Shown in pieces: positions 23,803 to 36,521 of a stretch of DNA of 64,000 nt; the stretch's first letter is position 1; every line of letters begins with the position of its first letter. The stretch is taken from assembly GCF_018350175.1 (NCBI RefSeq), contig NC_058378.1, forward strand, positions 76,508,001-76,572,000, in the 5' to 3' direction. A program made the translations under genes and the position numbers. Origin of the DNA: Felis catus. Taxonomy: Eukaryota. Below the pieces are notes generated by a model. The model was not told the DNA's origin. It was given only the letters and a program-made list of their open reading frames with translations, and did not search any database.

Positions 23803-24249
23803 AGAAGATCCAAAAGTTATAATTAATACATAATTATAATTAGTTACTATTAATAAAAATAGAATTAATAAATTATAAGGAATAAGATTAATAATTATAA
23901 CCTAATATACATTGGCATATCAGCTGATGGAGACTACTCCTTAATTTCAAATAGTTTTTTGACATTTATAAAAATTGACCGAATGAAAGTTCATGGAGAA
24001 AATCTCAATAAATTCTTCTTGGTCAAAAGTATAAGATGACATTTTCTAATCACAGTAAAATAAAAATAACTTACAGAAAAAATATATAGGCCTTCACTTT
24101 TCCTCCCAAGGCCAGTACCTTCACAAAGAAAGAGGAAAAGATTTCTTAAGTTACCCTTTATTTCTCCTCTCATACTTTGCCGTAATATTTGAAATTTCTG
24201 ACTCGATTCTTACATTATTTCTTAAGAATTGGGGCAATACAACTGTAGG

Positions 24250-24470
24250 GGTAGGAATCGAGTTGGTGATTGCCAGATGGAGGAAATTGACCCATAAAAG
24301 GCATGAAGGAACTTTTCATGGTGATGAAAATGTTCTATATCTCAATCATGGTGATGGTTACACAGCCTTACAAAATGCCCTGATCCATAACACCCAACAC
24401 AGCATAAACTTTACTGGTTGTAGACTATCACATAATAAAACTGAGTTAAAAAAAATAAAGTCAAAGTAAA
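24250..24470 (+). mobile_element. L1MC/L1ME 3' UTR fragment
   Basis: GGTGATTGCCAG...GGAACTTTTCATGGTGATGAAAATGTTCTATATCTCAATCATGGTGATGGTTACAC. Confidence 0.75.
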
Positions 24471-25037
24471 TTGACAGAAAAGAGTAAACTTATGGGGCAA
24501 TAGAACCATGGATTATTTTTTTCTTCTTCTTTTTTTGTATGGAAAAACGCACTAATGTGTTTGAGGATGCCTGTTTGTATCAAGTAGTGTGCTGAATCAC
24601 CAGGTTTTTCAAATCCGGCTGTGTTGTACTTAGAATTACCATGCGAGTTGGAAAGTCATCCATCATATCAGTATCTGTCAGAACGCTGCCACACTGATAC
24701 CCAGGCTGTCCTGCAAAATCCCAATACCAAGGAACATCTAGTTGTTCTCTCATTTGAAGAGAGAGGCAAATCACATCTGCAGTAGCACATTCCAAACACG
24801 AGATTCAGTAGAACCATCTCCAAGCTCTGCATGTACCTCCTTAGGACTGACAGCCGTGTCAGCATGTGGGAGGCTGCCCCTGAAAAGCAATCATCCTGGC
24901 AGTCATTACCTAGAACTTTCTAAAAGCGGGCCCTTTTATTTTAGAGAAGAATGTCCACAAGGGTCAAATACAGTTTTAACCAACACTTAACAAACGTGAC
25001 ATCTCCCTCCCCTGACCCATTTAAATGCAACAGGAGG

Positions 25038-25252
25038 GGGGGCGCCTGGGTGGCGCAGTTGGTTAAGCGTCCGACTTCAGCCAGGTCACGATCTCGTGGT
25101 CCGTGAGTTCGAGCCCCGCGTCAGGCTCTGGGCTGATGGCTCGGAGCCTGGAGCCTGTTTCTGATTCTGTGTCTCCCTCTCTCTCTGCCCCTCCCCCGTT
25201 CATGCTCTGTCTCTCTCTGTCCCAAAAATAAATAAACATTGAAAAAAAAATT
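25038..25252 (+). mobile_element. Young SINEC_Fc
   Basis: Young-subfamily diagnostics; perfect 18-bp TSD TTTAAATGCAACAGGAGG (25020-25037 and 25253-25270). Confidence 0.97.
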
Positions 25253-25529
25253 TTTAAATGCAACAGGAGGATGCTAAAAGAATACTCAGTGCTTTGGAGA
25301 GTCAGCACTGAAATGCCAGTTGGCAAGTTCGAATGCAGTGGAAATAGTGTGAGGTGGTGCTCTGGGCCTCTGTTGCTGGGTTCTGCCTGTCTCTCCTGTG
25401 CCATCTGCTCCCAGGGCCACATCGATTATCGCTAATGCTTAAGCAATGCCAACCTGCTGGCTTCACATCTCCATGCGTTGACTCATGCTTCACCCTTGGC
25501 ATCCATAGCTTTGCCCGGATACCCTTACT

Positions 25530-25780
25530 CATCCATCTGCCTCCTCCGGGAAGCCTTCCCAGAATCTTCTGGCTAAGCTAGGACCCCTGATTTTTGTATT
25601 TATTTCCCTGTGCATATGACAATTTTTATCACTCACCAAACAGTACTGAGATTATGTGTTCCTGGGTCAATCTCCTAAGTTGGCTTGGAAGCCCCAAGAA
25701 GGCACGTTCTCTTTCTTACTGGCTTCGTCCTCCAGGCCTTAACACAGGTATGGCTCTCATCACCTTATTGAACTGAAATG
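25530..25780 (+). mobile_element. L2 3' end
   Basis: CCTCCTCCGGGAAGCCTTCCC...GAAGCCCCAAGAAGGCAC...TTATTGAACTGAA. Confidence 0.55.
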
Positions 25781-26599
25781 GGAAATGCTTCTCTCTTCAC
25801 TCCTAGCCCGTTCTCTTCCTCTCTTCTCGCTGACCATGTGGGATGGGCTCAGAGTTCCAGGTGCAAGTCCCAGATGCTGCTGGGACAGGTGAGGAGGGCA
25901 GGGGTCAGGGCACCAAGGGAAGGGTGAGCCTGAGAAGCAATCATGGCTTTCCCCAAGTACCTTGTTAATTATTTTATTAATGCCACTAAAATTTCAACCA
26001 ACCACAGGTGATTTTACCCTCTTCTCTGTTGAGCTAATCTATTTTCGAATCTTGGAAAGAAAACTAAAACCACATGGACAATGCAGCGTGCGTAACAGAA
26101 TAAGGAGAAATTCCAGCATTAAGCTTGACTGTAACCTTGTCACCAGGTGATGCTATGAATATGCCCTTGTCTGGTCTATAGCTATGCTGAGTTTCTTTTC
26201 AGCTCTGAGACCAAGGGGTTGAGGAGGACATTTTACCTTACTTCCCAATGAGGAAGTGAAGAAGCCTGTGGAGAAGGAAAGCCAAACTACATTGATTGGT
26301 TGAAAGCAGGTCCAAGGTCGAATGATGGATATGCACAGGCAGGCGTCCTGAGCTTTGGATAAAGCCCAAATACAGAGTCAGGAGTAAGCTGAGAGTCAGA
26401 ATCTGAGAACCACTGACCTGAGTGAATGAGGAAGCAAATTAGGGTAGGCTGGAAATTCTAGGAAGATGGTCCAGATCGAGCTGTGGGGTTGGTAGGGTTT
26501 TCGGCAAGGTATATCAGAATCGTATTTCTATTCCTTGTCCCAAGATATCATGAATAAGAATTAGCTGAATGTTCTTTCAAAACATCCCAAACCTTTCAA

Positions 26600-27330
26600 A
26601 ACGTGCATTTTATATTTGTGTGTGTATATGTGTGTGTATGGTGTGCACACATGCATAGCTTCTGTTTCACTCTCTCTTTTTTTTAAAATATATACATAGA
26701 ATCATTTTTAAAGGATTTTTTTATTTATCTTGAGGAGGGTGAGGGGCAGACAGAAGGGGAAAGAGAGAATCCCAAGCAGGGTCTACATTGTGAGTGCAGA
26801 GCTCGACGTGGGGTTTGATCTCACCAATCTTGAGACCATGACCTGAACTGCAATCAAGAGTTGGAGGCTTAACTGACAGAGCCACCCAGACGCCCCTAGG
26901 ATCATTCTTGACACAGTGAAGTGTTACTGGAATTTTTTTTCACTTGGCATTATGTCTTGTAGATCTTTATAGGTCATTGCATCTTGATTAAAATCATTAA
27001 AAAAATTATTCCAGAATATTCCACATAACATGGTCTACCAAATGTATTTAACACATTCTCCTATCGATTAATATTTGGTTTTTTATCATCCAATTTTGGG
27101 CTATTTGCAGAGCTACGTGTTTTATATACATACCTCTCTACAGCTGGGCGAGTATATTGGTAGGCAAGATAGTTAAAAGTGAAATCGTTGGGTTGAAAAG
27201 AGGGTATATCTTAAGTTCTGCAAGGTGTTTACAGATAGCATGGAATCTGCAAATTGCCTTTGAAAACACTAATTTGCGCTTTTACCTCGGTATCTACTCT
27301 GCCTGTTTCTCCACATCTTCATAAAGAGAT
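26600..27330 (-). mobile_element. Old L1ME-like fragment, interrupted by a Can-SINE
   Basis: TTTTTTTCACTTGGCATTATGTCTTG...TATTTAACACATTCTCCTATCGAT...AAAAGTGAAATCGTTGGGTTG. Confidence 0.65.
26707..26896 (-). mobile_element. Can-SINE, older subtype
   Basis: Ends GCCACCCAGACGCCCC; TSD TAG(A/G)ATCATT. Confidence 0.92.
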
Positions 27331-27669
27331 ATCATGCTGAACCTGAGGTCTGACACCTGTGTTCAGCCGGCCTTCTGTGTTTCCAGGGTTGCCAACACAT
27401 TATCTGATGCATAACCTTCTTCTCCCACTGACTCCCCTCCTCTCTCCACACTGTCACTTAAATAAGTGTCTCTCTCTCAGGCGGGTCTCGCTGATGCTCT
27501 AAACGAGTCTTGATCTATGACATGCTTGCACCATAGCCTAGGCTTCCTCGTATTTATGGAGGTGTTAAATAATTATTCGTTTAATGTTTGTATTCCACCC
27601 TAGATTCCTTCATTCATTCTTACATTTTTATTCACTCATTCATTCAAAATGCTGATTGATAAATCGAGT

Positions 27670-27875
27670 GCTGGTCTAGTGTAGGGGTTAAGAGCATTGG
27701 AATTAACAGACATAGGAATCAAACTTCTTGGGTTCGAAAACCAACCTTGTCTCTTACCACCTGTATGATCAAGTTATACGCTTTCTCTATGCCTCTACTA
27801 GTACTCACTTCATAGGCTATAGGGATGGTTAATTGGGAAGGTGCACATAAAACACTCCAAAGGGCAACCAGTATA
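27670..27875 (+). mobile_element. MIR inserted in an L2
   Basis: GTGTAGGGGTTAAGAGCATTGG...CTTGGGTTCGAAAACC...GGTGCACATAAAACAC. Confidence 0.65.
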
Positions 27876-27889
27876 CAGTGAGTGACAAA

Positions 27890-28340
27890 TACATTCTGTT
27901 ATGTCTTATTATATGCCAGGCGGTGTGCAAGTGCTGGGCACCCAGCAGGGAAGGAGACAAAGAACTGTCGAAAAATTAGAATAATTTCACGTTATCCATA
28001 AAGGAAATAAATGCAGGGTGGACTGGGGAGGGGAGATCCCTCTTAGATAGTGTGGTCATGGGAAGCCTCTCTATAAAGGTGACTGGTCAGTTGAGGCCAG
28101 AAGGAAAGGGGAGGCATGAATGCTACAAAGAATCAGGGGAAGATCCTTTTAGGCAGAGGAAACAGTAAGTGCAAACGTCCTGGGGCAGGAAGATGGTGTA
28201 AGAACAGAACCTACATGATGGAATAATGGAGAGCAAAGGTGAGAGGTCAGGTCTGGGGCCTGTTGACCATGGTATTCCAGTGTCTAGTATATGGCATACT
28301 ATTGTGTAGGTATTCAACACATTCATGGAATAAATAAATG
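27890..28340 (-). mobile_element. L2 fragment (3' terminus with TTCATTCATTC at ~27610-27660)
   Basis: ATGCCAGGCGGTGTGCAAGTGCTGGG...GGTCATGGGAAGCCTCTCT...AGGCAGAGGAAACAGTAAGTGCAAACGTCCTGGGGCAGG. Confidence 0.7.
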
Positions 28341-29034
28341 AATAATGAACGAGTGAAGAAAGGAAGCGATGATATGAGTGTGTTAGAGGCTTTGTTCTAT
28401 TCTCAGGTACCATCTGCCCACATTTGTTCATTCCACCTTTTGGAGATGAAGCAAGTGAGTATGATTTTTGACATCCTTACCTGTTGGAGAGTGAGACAGG
28501 TGAGTGGGTACCTTAGTCTGGATGGGATTTGAAGATCATACACGGCACCCGTACAGTCATTCCTGCCAAAAACCCGAGAGCTGTCTGAAAGAAGGAATTT
28601 CTGAGGATCAGGTATACAGGAAAGGTGACAATGGACATTTCAACCAGGGAAGCCTGGAAGAGTTTCCAAAAAAACCTTCCATTTCCAATAGTGAAGTCAT
28701 TTACCCAGAGGTCAATGGCCAGGCTTTTGCTCACTGTGCTAGCCTGGACTGGGTTTTCCCCTCAGTGACAGGTGTCCTGAGGCCATGTTCACCCCCGTGT
28801 AACCACGTGCAGCCAAGTGCCCATAAACATACCCACTGCACAAACTTCACACTGGTCTGACCCTCTGGTTTGATGGGATTGCCTAAGGCAGCAGAATGGG
28901 CATATTTAATATCCATGTAAAAGAGAAATAGGGTCCAAATGAGCAGAAACATAAAAAACCTGGGTCTGGTGGGATGGGGTTAAAGAAACACCGCGAGCAT
29001 TAGTTTACCACTGCAGCTTCTCAAAACTGTTCTT

Positions 29035-29243
29035 GGAGCACCTGGGGGGGTCAGCCAGTTAAGCATCTGACTTCTGCTCAGGTCATGATCTCGCGGTCTG
29101 TGAGTTCGAGCCCTGCATCAGGCCCTGTGCTGACAGCTCAGAGCCTGGAGTCTGCTTTGGATTCTGTGTCTCCCTTTCTCTCTGCCCCTCCCCAACTCAT
29201 GCTCTATCTCTCTCAAAAATAAATAAATGTTAAAAAAAAAAAA
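29035..29243 (+). mobile_element. Can-SINE
   Basis: GGAGCACCTGGGGGGGTCAG head; CTGTTCTT on both flanks. Confidence 0.94.
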
Positions 29244-29733
29244 CAACCTGTTCTTAAGCATAGACTGCTTTATTTATCATCATGACCATTCTCAAATGAA
29301 AAAAAAAAAAAAAGCTTACTAGTGGCATATGAGCCTAGGCCAAAATCCCAAGCCTTTCCCTCTAGTCAGTGTTGATGTTCTAATCATAAATTACAGCGCG
29401 TTGGAAAATCCAACCTTCAGAGCTGTTTTATTTTTCTAGGCATTTTTATGGTGCAGTGAAACACATCTATATCTATATTATATCTATAAAAGAAGTTGAT
29501 TTTATTTTAAAAAATTCCTTTATTCATATATTCAAAATATGTTTTTTGAACCAGCTGCATCCCAGGGCAAAGGTTTCTGAGGGTCATAAATCCTGAATTA
29601 GTGCAGGTGAAAGTAGTTTTTGCTATTTTCCTGTTCATATTTAGCAGGCTTCAGAGTCTTTTTATCTTGTGGCTGGCTTTACAAGAGACGTCCTCCAAGA
29701 AAAGTATGCTCCCCCAGGGGGATGAGTTGGTCT

Positions 29734-29798
29734 GGTTTTGTTGTTGTTGTTTGTTTTGTTTTTGTTTTTGTTTTTGTTTTTGTTTTGTTTTTTGTTTT
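29734..29798 (+). repeat. Compound (TTG)n/(TTTTTG)n tract
   Basis: Direct reading. Confidence 0.9.
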
Positions 29799-30639
29799 CA
29801 TGAAAAGGGTGATCTTATGCATGTAACTTTCCAAATTTGAAGGGCAAGGTTGCCATGGCAACTAGCATAAACCGACAACTCCTATACCTGGATGTTCTAG
29901 CTGCCTAGAACATTCCTCCCACTGGGGGCTGCCTCGGCATCCCCAGCTCTGCAGCCATTGCCTTCTTGGGGTTTTGCAAGAGCTCAGGTCTATATTCCAA
30001 CCCCAACAAAGGTCACACCCAAAGCCCCTGTCATTGGCAACCTTGGGACAAAATCTGTGAATGACTTATGCCTAGCGTCTTCACTACAGTTTTTACCGGC
30101 ATCGTGATAGAACTTGCCGACAAGGTCAGAGACTTGCATGATGGCAGGATTAGTGTTCTACATAGAGAGATAGAAAGAAAATCTTTTCTAGACCTGTAGG
30201 AGTCTGAAGAACCGGAGAAAAAGAAGAGCAGAGGTCATATTTTCTTAGGCTTTACCTTTTACAAGATGGATGGTTCCAGAAACACTACCAACTCTACTTG
30301 CTGAAAGGTGGTATGGCGTAGGGGCAAGAGCATCACTACTCTCTTGGTTAAGTAGCAATCACTCACTTAACAGGTAGTCTTGATTGAGTAACAATCACTT
30401 AACAAATGTTTATTAAGCACCTAGTACATGCTAGATGCTGGGGATTCAAGGTGCTGGAGTCTCCAGTTAGCACCTTGCTAACCATGTGCCAACAAGGATG
30501 CTTTATGACTTGCTCAGGGGAGAGTGTGCCCTGGAGTCTATCTTGCATGGTGTCCTGTACACAGTAGGTACTCAGCAAACGTTGTCAAGGGTGGGGAGCA
30601 GAAGGCTGAGATAGAAGGAGCAATGAATTTCAAACCGGG

Positions 30640-30800
30640 AGGCCTTGGGACCCCAGGCAAGTCACTTTTGCCTCTCTGAGCCTGCTTCGTTGCGAAAAAA
30701 CGGGAATAGTAATATCTCCCTTGCAGAGAGGTGTTGAGAGAGTTTAATAAGATCGTGTCCCTGAAAGGGTCTAGTATGGTGGTTGGCATGGGTAAGTTCT
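30640..30800 (+). mobile_element. MIR
   Basis: CCAGGCAAGTCACTTTTGCCTCTCTGAGCCTG...GGGAATAGTAATA...GTTGGCATGGGTAAG. Confidence 0.7.
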
Positions 30801-30865
30801 CCGGAAGAACGTCTGTAAGGCTAGAGCAGGTGTGGGAGAGGAGGATGGAGAAGTAGCAGGGGCCA

Positions 30866-31084
30866 TAGGCACCTGGGTGGCTCAGTAAGTTAAGCGTCTG
30901 ACTCTTGATTTTGGCTCAGGCCATGATCTCATGGCTTGTGAGTTCAAGCCCTGCATCTGGCTCTGCGCTGACAGCACAGAGCCTGCTTGGGGTTCTCTCT
31001 CCCTCTCTCTCTGCCCCTCCCCTGCTCACTCTCTTTTTCACTCTCTCTAAATAAATAAATAGACTTAAAAAAAAAAAAAAAAAA
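30866..31084 (+). mobile_element. Can-SINE, older subtype
   Basis: Perfect 17-bp TSD AGAAGTAGCAGGGGCCA (30849-30865 and 31085-31101). Confidence 0.96.
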
Positions 31085-33310
31085 AGAAGTAGCAGGGGCC
31101 AGATCACACAGGCTGCCCAAAGGGTCATATTAGCCATTTTGCTCTTTCTCCTGAAAGCAACAGGGAACCCCCAGAGGGCTCTAAGTGACAGGGACAGGCA
31201 TGTCTCTGCCATTTTGGAAGCACCTTCTGGCTGGAGCCTGGACCTGGGAGGGACAGCTGGCAGGCTTCTGCCCTGCTGCTGAGGAGTCGTGAGGCCCGCC
31301 TGAGCGGGGAGGTGTGGCCAGGGCCGGAGAGCAGCGGGTGTGTGTTCAGGGGGGTGCCCCGGGGGGTGGAATTAGCGGGGCCTGGTGTCTGTTAGATGAG
31401 GCCCAGACGAAGGGGCTGTTTCACCGCCGAGCCTCAGGCGGCATCCTGACTTTTTGCTCGTGCGACAGGCTGGAGGGGGGCGCTCCCAGTCCCAACCGCG
31501 GCATCATGGAGGAGAAATGAGTTCGTTGACAAAACGTGCACGGAGCGCGAGGGGGCTGCAGGCTGGCCCGAGCGGGGGACCCGGGAGCTCTCACCAAGCC
31601 TAGAGAAGAGAATGTGCTTCTCCAGCGACTGTGGAGAAGCTGGTCGGTGCTGCTGTGGCTCAGTCACGTGCCTTACGGCCTCCTCGCCCGTGGATCCAGA
31701 GATACTCATTGAGCACCAAGCCCGGGGCCCACGCGGGTGACGGGGACAGAGACAGACCCGCCAGTTTCCATTCCAGTGCGGGGGACGTACAGCAACCACG
31801 TGACCAGGATGTGGCCAGGATGATTTGCCTCCATTTGAGCAGCAGAGGTCAAGAGGCTGGAGTGTTTGACAGTAGCTGGTGTGGGTGGGTGGGTGGCTTT
31901 ATGGAAGGTCGTCAGGGAAGACGCTTAATGTCAGGTCAGAAGATTGCAAGACGCTGGGCGAGTCACATTGTCTCCTGGAGCCTCAGTTTCGGCATCTTCA
32001 GATGGGAATGTTGGCGCTTTCTTTCGGACCAAACGATATCATCCATCAATGCAACTTGAAGCTCCACAAATGTTACCAGGGGCTGTTACCAGGTAACAGT
32101 GGGGGCGTGGGAAGGTTTGGGCTCTGTCCTAATGTCCTTGATTAAGAAGAGAGAAGGGCATTTACTTACTGCCCAGCATTTTCCTTAGAATCAGAGGGTC
32201 CTAGCTTGGTGAAGGAGTTGGGCCTGGTGCTCAGGGCCCGGCCCCCAACTCCGCCTCCTCTGGGAATGGGGAGGGGTTTGGGGGTGGGAGTGGAGGGGTG
32301 GTCAAGACCTTGGCTGTACTGTGCCTTGTGGCCACAAGAGGGCTCACAGCCCACAAACTTTTCCTCCAATGAATCCTTCATGTTTTCCTTTTTGACACAG
32401 TGGCTCCGAGTGGGGCCCCATCCAGTAACATTTAAAATTGCTATTCAATTATGCACGGTTGCCAGACAATTATAAGCATTGCTGTAATAGCTGAACATTC
32501 ATTTTAGCATCTTAATTTTATAAATGTTTAAATGTGTTTCTCATGCAGAGCTATTCAAATGCAGATGATTAAGTCAAATGATTGCATTTGTAATTTTCTG
32601 GAAGTTTTTCCTTTGAAATGAAATTTCCCCACTAAAAGTGTCCTTTCGTTGTACCCTCAATCAGCTGTTGGGTTCACGTTCACGGTGGAATTGTTGTATC
32701 TCGGCCACGTGCACGGTAGTGCCTTCCTTTCAGCTGCGGATTTGTTTGGAACCGGGGCATGTGGCTGGAGCCCTGCTTAATGCTTCACTGTCCGATCCTC
32801 CAGTGTCAGGCTGGAAATAGGCACGAAGGGGAATCTGCAATAGTAGGAACTTTCAAAGCTTAACAATGTGCTTCACCGTGTTAGAGTTCACAGTGAGATT
32901 TTCAGGTCAGCACAAGCATAGGCAGGGATAGTTGGATGCAGATCCAACCTTTGCTCAGATGGAAAAAACATCCTATGTTCATGGTGACTCCTTGTGTTGA
33001 CAGGTCAGCAGACAGTTCATTAACTTCCCTCTCTCTCGAGCAGACTTTGCTGCCGTAGTTCCCCTGAGCGTCGGTCACACTGAGGGCTGGGCTCAAGGCA
33101 GTCACCAGGTGGAGAGGTTTCCAGCCCACTGACTCCAGAGCATCCAATCATCACTATCAGCCCCAAGACATCCATCACTTACAGTAAAGGGCCTTGTCAT
33201 CTGGATGAGACCGGGACATCAAGGTCTCAGAATCCTCCCGAATAGAGGGGGCTTTTATGCAAGGCCGGTGGCGCTGACCCCAAGGAAAAAGGCTTCAAGA
33301 GGAGATGTCT

Positions 33311-34277
33311 TTTTTTTTTTTAATTGAAGTATCGTTAACTTACGATGTCACATTAGTTTCAGGTGTACAACACAGTGATTCGACAACTCTATATACCCCA
33401 AGTGTAGCTCCCAATTGTTACCATAGGATGCTGCAACACACTGACTATATTCTCTATACTCTACCTTTTATCTCCATGACTAAGTGTTCCATAATGGAGC
33501 CTGTACCTCCCATTTGGCCCATCCTCTCCCCCCCCCCCCCACCACCCCAGCAACTACCAGCTTGTCCTCTATATTTACGGGTCTGTTTCTGCTTTTTTGT
33601 TTGCTTGTTGGCTTGTATTTTACATTCCATATGTAAGTGAAACCAATCACTTATTTCACGTAGCATGATACTCTTTAGGTCCATCCATGTTTTTGCAAAT
33701 GGATAGTTAGGTTGCTTTCATATTTTGGCTACTGTAAATAATGCTGCAATAAATATAGGGGTGAATATATCTTTTGGAATTCGTATTTTTGTTTTCTTTG
33801 GGTACACACCCAGTGGTAGAATTACTGGGTTGTATCGTATTTTCAATTTAAAATTTTTATTTTATCTTATCTTATTTTATTTTATTTTATTTAGAGAGAG
33901 AGAGAGAGAGAGGGAGACAGAGAGAGAGAGAGGGAGAAAGAGAATCCCAAGCAGGCTCCATGGTCAGTGTGGTGTCTGATTTGGGACTCGATCCCATGAT
34001 TGTAGGATCATGACCTGAGCTGAATTCAAGAGTCGGGCACTTAACCAGCTGAGCCATCCAGGCATCCCAGCATTTCCATTGTTAATATTTGGAGGAACCT
34101 CCATTCTGTTTTCCACAGTAGTTGCACCAATTGACATTACCATGAACAGTGCATGAGGGTTCCCTTTCCTTCACATCCTTGCCAACGTGTGTCATTTCTT
34201 GTTGTTTTGATAAGAGCCATTCTGACAGATGTTAAGGTGACGGCTCACTGTGGTTTTCATTCCCATTTCCCTGGTGA
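33311..34277 (-). mobile_element. L1 (L1MA9/L1_Carn-like) 3' end, 5'-truncated, containing a Can-SINE
   Basis: T-run then TAATTGAAGTAT...TTAGTTTCAGGTGTACAACAC; ORF2-end motifs; 17-bp TSD TTCAAGAGGAGATGTCT / TTCAAGAGTCGATGTTT (33294-33310 and 34278-34294). Confidence 0.88.
33852..34068 (-). mobile_element. Can-SINE, older subtype, nested in L1
   Basis: (TTTTA)n tail, (AG)n linker, GAGCCATCCAGGCATCCC end. Confidence 0.92.
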
Positions 34278-34880
34278 TTCAAGAGTCGATGTTTCTGAAG
34301 TTAAATTATCTCATGAAAGAGGCTTGTTGGTACCCCTCTATCTTGGACACCTTGCTGGTTGTTCCTATTCTTGGGCACCCAGGCTAGCTAGTCTTCAGGA
34401 CCTCTGTCGACCTGGCACAGTGGGGTATACTTGCTCAGGCTGGCCTCAGCAGGTCTTGCGGATGTTGTGGATTTGAAGGGGAAGGGAGACCATTGTGTGA
34501 ATCATGCTGGCAGAGAAGATTCTGTCCCTGGTGTGCACTCAGCCAATCGGATACCCCCATGTGAAGTTCTGACACACCGAAGAAGGGACACTTTGAGGTA
34601 ACTCACAGTCAGAGGCGGCTGAGTCAGGGATAGGGAGCCGTTAGGGGTCCAAGGACAGTGATTAGCCAGACTGTCCTTTGGGTGTGACAGTATGTTTTCT
34701 GATGCTTGGGTCTTATTTGTTCTTGCTTATAATATTTTTTTATTTTTTTGAACCTGGTCCTTTGTCTTTCCTGTCATGTTATAAACCCATCTAAAGAATT
34801 GCTTATTAGGTTAGCTACCTTTGGTTTCTGTTCTTTGCAACCAAAACTCTTGATATAGCTGGGGATAGAATACCGCATTT

Positions 34881-35106
34881 AAAAAAAAGATCTTTTTTTA
34901 ACATTTATTTATTTTTGAGAGAGAGAGAGAGAGAGCGCACACACGAGTGGAGGAGGGGCAGAGAGAGGGAGACACAGAATCTGAAGCAGGCTCCAGGCTC
35001 TGAGCTGTCAGCACGGAGCCCGATGCAGGGCTCAAACCCACGAACCGTGAGATCATGACCTGAGCCAAAGTTCGACACTTAACTGACTGAGCCACCCAGG
35101 AGCCCC
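34881..35106 (-). mobile_element. Can-SINE
   Basis: Full-length; ends GAGCCACCCAGGAGCCCC. Confidence 0.95.
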
Positions 35107-35344
35107 TTAGAACATCTCATTTTATTCACTTCTCACTTTTTTTCTCATCTGAGACTGAGACTTCTTTTTCAGCACCTGCTGCAGTCTCCAGGTTCTAGCC
35201 TCTTTTTGTCTCATGGAAATCATTTCCTGACCCTAAAACCACAACACTTTCCCAGCCAACACCTGCCCCCTGGCTCTCCCTGGATAGCTGTTCATCTTCA
35301 GGCCTCTGTGCTCCCTCTTCCCAGAAACACAGTGCTTGGGAGGG

Positions 35345-35580
35345 TGGATTTTTAAGTCAGAATCCCAGGGGTCATGTCCAGCTTCTGCTATTTCCTTCTG
35401 TGTGGTGTTGGACCCAATTCTTAATTTCTTTGTATCTCAAAGCCCTCATCTGAATGATGGACAAAGTAATATGTAGCCCCTACAGTTGTAATAAGAATTA
35501 AATTCATGAAGACATATATAGTGTGTAGGACAGTACTTGGGGCGCAGGAGCACCCAACAACAATAGCTATTATTATTAAC
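35345..35580 (+). mobile_element. MIR
   Basis: TTTAAGTCAGAATCCCAGGGGTCATGTCCAGCTTCTGC...CCTCATCTG...AATAGCTATTATT. Confidence 0.65.
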
Positions 35581-35887
35581 ATTGCCTGTCAGTTTGTTGT
35601 GAGGATTAACGGAGGCGATGGATGTGGCATTCAGCAGTTCCCGGAGGAGTCCTCAGTCATGGTTTAATTGTGATCATCCTTTATTTGACGGATCTTTCTC
35701 ATCCTTCTGATGTGGTTCAAGTTACCTCTGTGCAAAGAGTCCTGACTTGACTTGCCACTGGTTGACTTAGCCCAAAGGAGCAAGTGGGAAGAAAAATAAA
35801 GAAATGGTGGTTTGGATCAGAAATTCAGATGACATAGGAAAAGACCCTGCCCATGAACTTGGGCTCCCTTTGGCTGATGATGTTTGT

Positions 35888-36019
35888 ACAGAATCCAAAG
35901 TAGGCTCCAAGCTCTGAGCTGTCAGCACAGAGCCTGATGCAGGGCTTGAACTCACGAGCCATGAGATCATGACCTGAGCTGAAGTCAGTCGCTTAACAGA
36001 CTGAGTCACCCACGCACCC
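35888..36019 (-). mobile_element. Can-SINE lacking linker and poly(A) tail (3'-truncated)
   Basis: Head and body present; stops at ...GGATTCTGT on the minus strand. Confidence 0.9.
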
Positions 36020-36290
36020 TGACATTTATCTTTAGATGGCCCTGTGATTCCATTTTAATGGAAAAAAGAAATCAATTAGCAGGTGCTTGTTGAACTGTTA
36101 TTGAGCTGGGTTTTGGGGGTTTGTATTTGTTTCTCTGATTCCATCAAACTTATTTTCCTGTTTCTCCCACCTTCTCTCTCCTTTGGTTTTAGTACAATTT
36201 TGGTTGGAAAATTCCAGCCTGTGTAGAAGGATATAAGAGAAAGGCGTATGTCTTGCAGCAGGAGAGTAGCACATTTTAAAGGTCAGTCAA

Positions 36291-36521
36291 GGGGCGCCCG
36301 GGTGGCGCAGTCAGTTAAGCGTCCGACTTCAGCCAGGTCACGATCTCGCGGTCCATGAGTTCGAGCCCCGCGTCAGGCTCTGGGCTGATGGCTCAGAGCC
36401 TGGAGCCTGTTTCCGATTCTGTGTCTCCCTCTCTCTCTGCCCCTCCCCCGTTCATGCACTGTCTCTCTCTGTCCCAAAAATAAAATAAAAAAAAACAAAA
36501 AAACCCCCCCCCAAAAAAACG
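36291..36521 (+). mobile_element. Young SINEC_Fc
   Basis: Perfect 17-bp TSD TTAAAGGTCAGTCAAGG (36276-36292 and 36522-36538); young diagnostics. Confidence 0.97.

Noticed and set aside
24580-24990. Short ORFs in unique-looking sequence as a processed pseudogene
   Set aside because: No protein I recognise, no poly(A)/TSD pair.
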